This document shows, in pieces, positions 43,302-50,354 of a DNA stretch of 64,000 nucleotides. Source of the DNA: Chloroflexota bacterium (GTDB taxonomy: Bacteria; Chloroflexota; Dehalococcoidia; Tepidiformales; Tepidiformaceae); contig JAPPAK010000005.1 in NCBI GenBank assembly GCA_026705605.1, forward strand, positions 13,868 to 77,867, in the 5' to 3' direction. Made by a program: the position numbers and the translations under genes. Position 1 is the first letter of the stretch. The number at the start of each line of letters is the position of its first letter. The notes beneath the pieces are model-generated. The model was not told where the DNA came from, did no database searches, and worked only from the letters and a program-made list of their open reading frames with translations.

Positions 43302-43508
43302 GCGCTTCTCCTTGCGTGCATGTGGCTGGTCCGTGCCGGCATCCCCGGCGCGGAGGTCGTCGGTCGCTGGACACATTCCGCCCACGGTCGGATGCGAACC
43401 GGGGAACGGGGGAGCGTGGCTTGGCCCCGGAGCCGCTCGCGGATCGAACGCAGGGGGCCGGGTAGGGGAGACGTGGCGAGGGCTCGCCCGCGCGTCTCAG
43501 AAGAGTCC

Positions 43509-43700
43509 ATGCGGGTGGCGAAGCCGGAGCCGGGCGACCCGGCCATCGCGGCCCGCATCCGCGCTGCCTCGTCCGCGTACACGACCTCCGCCACGGAGAT
43601 CGCGGGAAGGGACGCGCAGGCACAGGAGCGGATCAAGGCCTACCGGGAAGGGCTGGAAGCGCTGGCCGAGGCTGCGAAGGCCGGGGAGGACTCCCCGTGA
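43509..43700 (+). CDS. Small hypothetical protein
   Basis: 63-aa candidate (MRVAKPEPGD...). Its stop overlaps the GTG start of the next gene (GTGA). Weak call. Confidence 0.3.
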   Translation: MRVAKPEPGDPAIAARIRAASSAYTTSATEIAGRDAQAQERIKAYREGLEALAEAAKAGEDSP

Positions 43701-45364
43701 ACCCTCTCACCTGCGAACGGGCGCTCCTGCGCCAGCTGGCGGAAACGCCCTTCGCCGACCGGCCCGAGCTCGCCGCCTTCTCGGGGTGGTCGCCGGCCAC
43801 CGTCTACGACGCCGTCGGTCGCCTCGAGGACTCGGGTCTGGTCGAAGGGCTCCCCCACGCCACGGAACTGATCCCCCCGACGCGGCGGTTCTGCCTCACC
43901 GCCGAGGGCGTGCTGCAACTGGCGCGGGAGGAAGGGGTCGCGACCGAGCGCATGCTCCGCAACCGTCCCCTCTCCGCCCACTGGCGGCGCCTGCTCCTCG
44001 GGCGGCTGGACGGCGTTGCCTCCATCTACCGCATGGCCGGCGCCGTCGTGGACCTGGACGGGCCCGTCGGCCTGCGCTGGTACCGGGCCTCGCCGCTGGA
44101 TGTGGCCCTTCTTCCTTCCGGGGGCCGCATCCTCGGCGTGGTCCGGCAGGGGCCTGTCGCCGGGCGCACCGCCTTCTCGAAGCGCTTGCGCCGGCTGTTC
44201 GAGCGGCCGCTGCCCGCTGCGCTGCTCCTGCTCATCCCGGACGAGGTGCGGCTCCGGCACGCGCGCCGGCTGCTGCGGGGCGCTCCCCTGCCGACCTTCC
44301 TCGCCCAGGAGCGCCGAGCCGTCAAGGCCGGCCCCGGCGAGCGCATCTGGCGGCTCCCTTCCCTCTCCGGCGTGCTCACCCTTGAGGAGGCGCTCTCGGT
44401 CGTGCGGCGGAGCGGCCTCGCCCCGTCCGAACCCCTGCCCCGTCGCGTCCTCCTGCCCCTCCGCTTCCGGCCCGGCGACCCGCGTCTGGCGCCGTCCTCG
44501 CTGGGGCGCTCGGAGAAGCGAACGCTCGACGCCCTCTACGACTGGCCCTGGATCACCGTCGAGGCCCTGGCAGGGTTGCTCGGGGTCTCCCCGGCCCATG
44601 CATCGCGGCTGGCCCTGGGGCTCGAAAGGCACGGGCTCGCCCTCCGCATCACGCTAGCCCGACGGCACCGGCTGGTCCTGAGCGACCGCGGACTCTCGCT
44701 CCTGGCGCGCCGCGACCGCTCCTCCGTAGGGAAGGCGTTGAAGCGCTGGAGTGCGGCTCCCGTAGAACCGGACCCCTTCGAGTGGCGCAACGTCTCCGGC
44801 TCGCGCAGCCGCCAGCTCCTCCGCAATCTCGAGCACACCGAGGCCGTGCACGGCTTCATGGCCGCGCTCGCGGTGCAGGCGCGCGGGCTGGGTTGGGAGG
44901 TGATCCAGCTCGACCCGCCCCACCGCGCCTCGCGCTACTTCCGCTACCGGGAGCGGCTCCACTCGGTCCGGCCCGATGGCTTCGGGCTCCTGCGCCGGGA
45001 GGGGCGCACCTGGCCCTTCTTCCTGGAGTGGGAGCGCCGGGCGGTGCGGCCCGCGACCATGCGCCGCCGCCTCGCGCCCTACCTTCTCTACCACGCCACG
45101 GAGCGCCCCCTTGAGGACCACGGCGCGCGCCCCGCCGTCCTCATCGTCTTCGACGGGGAGATTCCCCAGGCGCACTTCCTGCGGGTCGCCAGCGAGGCGA
45201 TGGAGCGCGCGGGGATCGAGGTGCCGCTGTGGGTGTCCCACCGCGATGCCGTCGCCGAGCTGGGACCGCTGGACCCCGCCGCCTGGAGACGGCCCGGCGA
45301 CAGCCCCGGCCGTCCACCGGTCGCGAGAGGAGGCGAACGCCATGCGGCTCTACTACGTGGATGA
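43697..45364 (+). CDS. Replication-relaxation family protein (two wHTH-like halves)
   Basis: 555-aa ORF. The C-terminal half (LRNLEHTEAVHGFMAALA...RPDGFGLLRREGRTWPFFLEWERRAVRP) resembles the plasmid replication-relaxation family. The N-terminal half repeats the wHTH theme (LLRQLAETPFADRPELAAFSGWSPATVYDAVGRLEDSGLV). Confidence 0.65.
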   Translation: MNPLTCERALLRQLAETPFADRPELAAFSGWSPATVYDAVGRLEDSGLVEGLPHATELIPPTRRFCLTAEGVLQLAREEGVATERMLRNRPLSAHWRRLLLGRLDGVASIYRMAGAVVDLDGPVGLRWYRASPLDVALLPSGGRILGVVRQGPVAGRTAFSKRLRRLFERPLPAALLLLIPDEVRLRHARRLLRGAPLPTFLAQERRAVKAGPGERIWRLPSLSGVLTLEEALSVVRRSGLAPSEPLPRRVLLPLRFRPGDPRLAPSSLGRSEKRTLDALYDWPWITVEALAGLLGVSPAHASRLALGLERHGLALRITLARRHRLVLSDRGLSLLARRDRSSVGKALKRWSAAPVEPDPFEWRNVSGSRSRQLLRNLEHTEAVHGFMAALAVQARGLGWEVIQLDPPHRASRYFRYRERLHSVRPDGFGLLRREGRTWPFFLEWERRAVRPATMRRRLAPYLLYHATERPLEDHGARPAVLIVFDGEIPQAHFLRVASEAMERAGIEVPLWVSHRDAVAELGPLDPAAWRRPGDSPGRPPVARGGERHAALLRG

Positions 45365-46079
45365 GCGCGAGGGCGAGAGCTGCTTCATCCGCTCCGCCCT
45401 CGGCGTCGACGCCGACGCCTGGAACGGCTTCTTCCAGCGGGTTCGAGGCTGGCGCGCGGAGCTGCGGGAGCGCTTCGGGGTCACGCCCTCGATGGAGCTC
45501 CAGCCGCTTGGCCTGCTTGGACCAGGCCCGGACGGAGGCTGCGGGCCGCTCTCCCCGGAGCAGGGCGCCGCGGTGTTCGAGAGCGGCCTCCGCCTCATCG
45601 AGGACGCCGCGCGCTTCGGCGGCGGCGTCGAGGTCATCAACGTCTGCCTGCTCCGGCACGAGAGCGGACGCCACCAAGAGGTCAGCCTCGGCCGGCTCCT
45701 GACCCGCATCGACACCTCAGCCAGGAGCGCCGCCGGCCACGCCTTCCTCATCTTCGACGAGGTGCGCGAGGAACCCATCACGCGCCTCTACCGCCGCCTC
45801 CGCGTCCACAACCCCATTCCCAGCCGCTACGAGGCGTGGCAGGACGGCTCCCCCACCCGCAACATCCCCCTCGACCGCATCATCGGCGGCCCCGCCTTCC
45901 GCAGCGCCGGCGACGATCACGTGCTCCAGATGGCAGGCTTCGTCGCCCACGCCCTCCTGCTCCAGGAGGAGCCTGCGGATGCATTGGAAGCCGGTCTCGA
46001 CTGTCCCTTCTCCACCCTCAGCCGTGCGCTGAACCGCGAGGCCTCTCAGCGAGATCCTCAGGGCGTCGTCAGAAGGTAG
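45342..46079 (+). CDS. DUF3800-like protein
   Basis: ORF 44976..46079; start set at ATG 45342 (MRLYYVDEREGESCF...). The C-terminal ...DDHVLQMAGFVAHAL is reminiscent of DUF3800 (YxDESG ... lQxAD). Confidence 0.6.
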   Translation: MRLYYVDEREGESCFIRSALGVDADAWNGFFQRVRGWRAELRERFGVTPSMELQPLGLLGPGPDGGCGPLSPEQGAAVFESGLRLIEDAARFGGGVEVINVCLLRHESGRHQEVSLGRLLTRIDTSARSAAGHAFLIFDEVREEPITRLYRRLRVHNPIPSRYEAWQDGSPTRNIPLDRIIGGPAFRSAGDDHVLQMAGFVAHALLLQEEPADALEAGLDCPFSTLSRALNREASQRDPQGVVRR

Positions 46080-46169
46080 CTGGTGAAGGGTGTCCCCGGG
46101 GAAGGGGGTGCCAGCGCCGACGGTTAGGATGGGTGTGGGTGCTGCCCCGCAAGGCTCCAGGAGGACACG

Positions 46170-46403
46170 ATGGCATGTCGAGTTGGAATGACCACGGACC
46201 CGGGGGAGAGAAAGGCGTACTGGGAAGCAAGGCACCCCACCCTTCGCAACTGGCGGATAGTCAAGTCCCGACTCACCTACGACGAAGCGCTGGAGCTTGA
46301 GAAGACCACCGCCGAACGAGGCGGATGCGAGTACAGCCCTGGCGGCCAAAGGAAGCGCGGCAGAGTTTGGTCCGTTTACCGCTTCACCTACGGAAGGCGC
46401 TAG
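46170..46403 (+). CDS. Small conserved hypothetical protein
   Basis: 77 aa: MACRVGMTTDPGERKAYWEARHPTLRNWRIV...WSVYRFTY. I have seen similar small proteins, but no function is known to me. Confidence 0.45.
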   Translation: MACRVGMTTDPGERKAYWEARHPTLRNWRIVKSRLTYDEALELEKTTAERGGCEYSPGGQRKRGRVWSVYRFTYGRR

Positions 46404-46417
46404 CTCGCAGGGCAGCC

Positions 46418-47590
46418 TCAGAGGGTACCTGCCGCAGCGCCTCCCTGCAGGGTGAAGGGCCGTTCTAGGACGTCAAGGATGGCCTCCGCGCAGTAGACGC
46501 GGTTGCGACGGCCTTCCCCGACCCGTGTGACGATGCCGGATGTCTCCAATCGGTCGATGCTCCTCTGGGCGGTGGTGAAGGCCACCCGCAGCCGGTCGGC
46601 CACGCCCCCCACCGTCCAGAAGGGATTCTCGACGAGCAGGTCGAGCGTCCGCTCCGGCAGTCGTGAGCGGCTGCCGACGAGGTCGTGTCTCCAGCCGGCG
46701 AGCAACTCGTCGATCTGCTCGATCCGGCCCACTGCGTCCTCCGACTGGAGCGCCACGCCCCGCAGGAAATAGGTCAGCCACTCCTCCCACTCCCCCCGCT
46801 CGGTCAGAGCGAGCAGGTGGGCGTAGTAGGCCTCCCGGGTCGCCTCGAAATAGGCGCTCAGGTAGAGCAGCGGTGAGGGGAGGACATCCCGCGCCACCAG
46901 CAGCAGCGTGACGAGCAGGCGCCCGACGCGACCGTTGCCGTCGAGGAAGGGGTGGATGGCCTCGAAGTGGGCGTGGGCGATGGCCGCGTGCACCAGGGGC
47001 GGCAGCGAGTCGTCGTGAAGGAACCGCTCCCAGGCGTCCAGGCACAGCATCAGCTCGGAAGGCGGGGGCGGGACGTAGGTGGCCTCGTTCAAGGTGCACC
47101 CAGGCGGCCCGATCCAGTTCTGGCTGCGCCGGAACTCGCCGGGCGTCGCCATGTCCCCGCGCACCCCCCGCATCAGGTGCTCGTGAAGCTCACGGACGAG
47201 ACGCAGCGAGACGGGCAGCGTCGCCAGCCGCTCCAGGCCGTTCTCGAGGGCGACGACGTAGTTTCCTACCTCGCGCAGGTCGTCCGGGCTGCGGTCGACG
47301 GCGGCGCCGGCCTCGGCGGCGAGCAGCTCTCCCAGCGTCGCCTGCGTGCCCTCGATGCGGCTGGAGAGGACGGCCTCCTTGCGGACGAAGGGTCGGATGA
47401 GGACGTGCGGGTTGGGGAGCCGCCGCCCCTCACCCGCGAGCCGGCCGATGGCGCGGTCGGCCGCGGACAGGCTGAGGGTGAGGCCCTCGTCCCAGGACAG
47501 GGGCGGCGGAGGTGGATCCGGCACGAAGGCGCGGTAGTCCCCCGGGCAGTCCACCAGGCGTCCGTGGGGCTGTCGCTGTCGGTCGGCCAA
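46418..47590 (-). CDS. Fic-family protein (AMPylase-type) with C-terminal wHTH
   Basis: The Fic motif is HPFLDGNGRVGRLL. An N-terminal inhibitory-helix-like motif SSRIEGT ([ST]xxxE[GN]) is present. The C-terminus is DNA-binding-like (FTTAQRSIDRLETSGIV). Confidence 0.9.
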   Translation of the reverse strand: MADRQRQPHGRLVDCPGDYRAFVPDPPPPPLSWDEGLTLSLSAADRAIGRLAGEGRRLPNPHVLIRPFVRKEAVLSSRIEGTQATLGELLAAEAGAAVDRSPDDLREVGNYVVALENGLERLATLPVSLRLVRELHEHLMRGVRGDMATPGEFRRSQNWIGPPGCTLNEATYVPPPPSELMLCLDAWERFLHDDSLPPLVHAAIAHAHFEAIHPFLDGNGRVGRLLVTLLLVARDVLPSPLLYLSAYFEATREAYYAHLLALTERGEWEEWLTYFLRGVALQSEDAVGRIEQIDELLAGWRHDLVGSRSRLPERTLDLLVENPFWTVGGVADRLRVAFTTAQRSIDRLETSGIVTRVGEGRRNRVYCAEAILDVLERPFTLQGGAAAGTL

Positions 47591-47721
47591 CGTGCGGCTC
47601 CTTGTTAGCGGCGGTGAGAACAGCCGCGTCCGTTATTATCGACGAGTGGAGTCTACGAAAACAACGGTGTCTCTTGTTTTCGCTTCGGTCACCGCCACCT
47701 CGGCAGTTCTTGGGGCGCAGC

Positions 47722-48114
47722 TCATCCCTTGCGGCGTCGCTGCTCGCGCACGAAGTCGATGAAGTTCTTGATTTCCTCGATGTCCTCCCGGGGAAGGTTG
47801 GCCACCGCGTTCCGGAAGGACACTTCCGCCTCCTCGAGCACCTCCTCCTCCACGCTCTCCCGACCCAGGAGCCAGTCGGTGCTCACCTCGCACCGCGAGG
47901 CCAGTTCCACGAGGTGCTCGTTGCTGGGCTTCGTCTTGCCGGCTTCCCAGCACCAGACCGTGTGTGCGCTGACGCCTAGGAACTCGCTCACCTCTCGCTG
48001 CGTGAGGCCCACTCTCGCTCTCGCCTCGCGGATGCGGGCGGCCCCCTCCTTCCACTTGTAGCCCCGGTCGTCGGGCATCCCGATCGGTGTGCTCCTGCCT
48101 CTTGCGACGGCCAA
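47722..48114 (-). CDS. XRE-family HTH regulator (repressor-like)
   Basis: The HTH is GLTQREVSEFLGVSAHTVWCWEAGKTKPS. An alternative start lies at 48078. It is divergent from the XRE gene at 48192. Confidence 0.8.
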   Translation of the reverse strand: MAVARGRSTPIGMPDDRGYKWKEGAARIREARARVGLTQREVSEFLGVSAHTVWCWEAGKTKPSNEHLVELASRCEVSTDWLLGRESVEEEVLEEAEVSFRNAVANLPREDIEEIKNFIDFVREQRRRKG

Positions 48115-48120
48115 GAATAC

Positions 48121-48132
48121 GAACGTACGTTC
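48121..48132. promoter_or_regulatory. Perfect 12-bp palindrome GAACGTACGTTC abutting a -35 box (candidate operator)
   Basis: Read directly from the sequence. It sits immediately upstream of TTGACT at 48133 in the divergent XRE/XRE intergenic region. Confidence 0.5.
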
Positions 48133-48161
48133 TTGACTGCCACCGGTGCGTTAACTACAAT
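48133..48161 (+). promoter_or_regulatory. Near-consensus sigma70-type promoter TTGACT-N17-TACAAT
   Basis: TTGACT (48133-48138), a 17-nt spacer, then TACAAT (48156-48161), about 30 nt upstream of ATG 48192. It is followed by the inverted repeat CCCTATTC-cac-GAATAGGG (48166-48184). Confidence 0.6.
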
Positions 48162-48191
48162 CCTACCCTATTCCACGAATAGGGTGCTCTC

Positions 48192-48440
48192 ATGGCACAG
48201 CGGCGACGGTTGAGGGTTCGGCTCAAGCGCCACGCCCTCTGGAAGCAGCTTGAGGTGCGTGGTCGCTCGCAGGCGTGGCTGGCCCGCGAGGCCGGCATCA
48301 ATCCTGGCTATCTCTCGACCCTGATCACCGAGGGACGCGCGCCCTCCGGCCGCTTCCGGCGGCGGCTGCAGGCGGTCCTTGGCATCACCGACTTCGACGA
48401 GCTCTTCGCACTGGAGGACAGGGATGAGGACCAGCAGTAG
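48192..48440 (+). CDS. XRE-family HTH protein (Cro-like position)
   Basis: 82 aa with the HTH RSQAWLAREAGINPGYLSTLITEGRAP. Confidence 0.7.
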   Translation: MAQRRRLRVRLKRHALWKQLEVRGRSQAWLAREAGINPGYLSTLITEGRAPSGRFRRRLQAVLGITDFDELFALEDRDEDQQ

Positions 48441-48750
48441 CCCCGTCTACCCACGTTCGCGGGAAGCGGCCGGCCTGACCGTCGAGGGCCGCCCCATTCC
48501 CTATGGGAGTGGCGTGCTCCCGGAAGACTTCGCCCGGCGCCTCACCCGCCTCAAGGAAGCTAGCGGCCTCAGCTGGAACGGCTTCGCCGAAGCGCTCGGC
48601 GTCGACCCGAAGCAGTTGCTCCGCTGGCGTCACGGCGCCGAGCCCTGCGGTGGGGCGATGCTCTCCCTGATCGCTCTGGCGGCACGCATTCCCGGCGGTC
48701 TCGAAGTCGCCCTGGGCGAGGAAGTCCAGTCGCTACGGAAGGCAGGCTGA
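48424..48750 (+). CDS. HTH-like small protein, paralogue A
   Basis: ORF 48379..48750; start set at ATG 48424. The segment PEDFARRLTRLKEASGLSWNGFAEALGVDPKQLLRWRHGAEP parallels the next gene. Confidence 0.5.
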   Translation: MRTSSSPVYPRSREAAGLTVEGRPIPYGSGVLPEDFARRLTRLKEASGLSWNGFAEALGVDPKQLLRWRHGAEPCGGAMLSLIALAARIPGGLEVALGEEVQSLRKAG

Positions 48751-48754
48751 ACCG

Positions 48755-49021
48755 ATGCCCCGCCAGCGCAGGCGGTACAGCCGCGACGTCCACGTCTTCC
48801 CCGAGGACTTCCCGCAGCGGCTGGAGCGACTGAAGGAAGAGTCCGGTCTCACCTGGAGCGAGCTTGCTGCGCGCCTCGGCACCAACCCGCTCACCGTCAG
48901 GCGCTGGCGGCAGGGCATCCGTCCCAACGCACTGCACCTCTTCGCCCTCCTCGATGTCGCCGCCTCGCTGGGCCTCGCCCACCTACTTCCAGCCGCTGGC
49001 GCGCGCGCGCGTGCCGATTGA
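48755..49021 (+). CDS. HTH-like small protein, paralogue B
   Basis: The segment PEDFPQRLERLKEESGLTWSELAARLGTNPLTVRRWRQGIRP is clearly paralogous to the gene at 48424. Confidence 0.55.
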   Translation: MPRQRRRYSRDVHVFPEDFPQRLERLKEESGLTWSELAARLGTNPLTVRRWRQGIRPNALHLFALLDVAASLGLAHLLPAAGARARAD

Positions 49022-49163
49022 GGTTTGAGCACCGACGGCACAGCGACCTCGCTGGGACCCTGGGCGCCAACCGCATCCTCTACCGACAGCAAGCGGCCAT
49101 CCGAGCCGCAGGCGCCGGGGGTAGCCACGACAGCCGGCGGGATGAAGTCGACTGGCCAGCGTG

Positions 49164-49592
49164 TCACGGGGTGTCCCTCAGCTCCCGCTGGCGAAGCACC
49201 TCGAGGGGCACGCCGAAGTGCTTCGCCACCTCCCACGAGTTGCTCAGCCCTTCCTCGGCTTCCTCCGCGGGGTCCACGAGGAGGCCGTAGGCGAAGTCCT
49301 CCGCTTCCCGTTCGAAGGCACGTGCGAGGTCGGTGTGCCGTCGCATCCAGAAGTGATTGCCCGGGTGCAGGATGCAATGTCCGATGGCGTGGGCCACTAC
49401 CCATCGCTGCCACCAGGGCTCAAGCCGATCGGCCACCATGATGTAGTCCCCAACCCGCATCTCCTCGAGAACGAGGAGTGGCCGGCGCTCGATGGAGAGT
49501 CCCAGGGCCCGAGCTACCGCTTCCGCGTCAACCTGACCGCGCAACCCCAGTTCGCGCCTCATCGTCGCGCCTCGCTGCTCCGCCCTGTTCAC
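49164..49592 (-). CDS. ImmA/IrrE-family metallopeptidase-like protein with HAxxH instead of HExxH
   Basis: 142 aa. The family-typical region VVAHAIGHCILHPGNHF is present. The codons at 49377-49391 read CAC GCC ATC GGA CAT, which is H-A-I-G-H. Confidence 0.65.
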   Translation of the reverse strand: MNRAEQRGATMRRELGLRGQVDAEAVARALGLSIERRPLLVLEEMRVGDYIMVADRLEPWWQRWVVAHAIGHCILHPGNHFWMRRHTDLARAFEREAEDFAYGLLVDPAEEAEEGLSNSWEVAKHFGVPLEVLRQRELRDTP

Positions 49593-49665
49593 CTGTAGCT
49601 CATACCTGTGACTTCTCGCTCTCTTCCTTGGAAGGGACGTTTCGTCCTGGTCCTCGACGCTGCGA

Positions 49666-49896
49666 TCACTGGAGGAACCGCAGCTCGGGTAGGCAGGTTC
49701 CGCAGCCCTTCACATCCCTCTTCCCGGTGCTCAGCGCCTTGTCGATCGCTTCCTGTCTGGTCGGGAAGGGCCCGTGCCACCGATTGTCGGGGCGTCGCGT
49801 CCCGTACCGGCCCCGGCCGTCGTTGCAGTGTGAGCAGATCGCCCTGTGGACCCGTACCCAGCTGGTGGCATCGTCCTCGTAGACCCACCAGTTCAT
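49666..49896 (-). CDS. Small Cys/His-containing hypothetical protein
   Basis: 76 aa: MNWWVYEDDATSWVRVHRAICSHCNDGRG...GCGTCLPE. No family recognised. Confidence 0.4.
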   Translation of the reverse strand: MNWWVYEDDATSWVRVHRAICSHCNDGRGRYGTRRPDNRWHGPFPTRQEAIDKALSTGKRDVKGCGTCLPELRFLQ

Positions 49897-49946
49897 CGAT
49901 CCCTCTCCATCGCAGTCTTCACCCCTTCGACGCGCGCGGCCCTTGC

Positions 49947-50354
49947 CTAGATCGGCAGGTTCACGGACACAGGCTCGACGCGCGGATCGGGCTGGCCCTC
50001 ACAGGGTCGGTAGGCGGCGGCCAGGAACCTGACCACGCCCTCCCGCGTATCCGCCGGACAGGCAGCCCAGGTCACCAGCAGGGAGCCTTTGCCGTGGTAG
50101 GAGATGCGCTCGTCGCCGGTGTGGTGGGCGAGGCGGTCGCGGATGGCGCCCTGGCCCACGCACACGGCCCGCCGCCCCCTGACGAACATGAGGGGCTCCC
50201 AGATGACGTAGACGCCGGCGGCGTTCGGCGGCGGGTCGCAAGTTGCGAGCAGACTCCACTCCCCCTCGCAGCGTTCCCAGGTGAGTTTCAGATCCGGCAC
50301 TTCGTTGCTCACCTCCAACCCCTCGTGTTGAACCGTGGGGACCGCCTGCTTCAA
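49947..50354 (-). CDS. Hypothetical protein (GIY-YIG-like N-terminal pattern), coupled to the giant gene stop
   Basis: 135 aa. The TTG start overlaps the stop of the 50351.. gene (TTGA). The pattern GVYVIWEP...AVCVGQGAIRDRLAHH is vaguely GIY-YIG-like. Confidence 0.4.
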   Translation of the reverse strand: MKQAVPTVQHEGLEVSNEVPDLKLTWERCEGEWSLLATCDPPPNAAGVYVIWEPLMFVRGRRAVCVGQGAIRDRLAHHTGDERISYHGKGSLLVTWAACPADTREGVVRFLAAAYRPCEGQPDPRVEPVSVNLPI

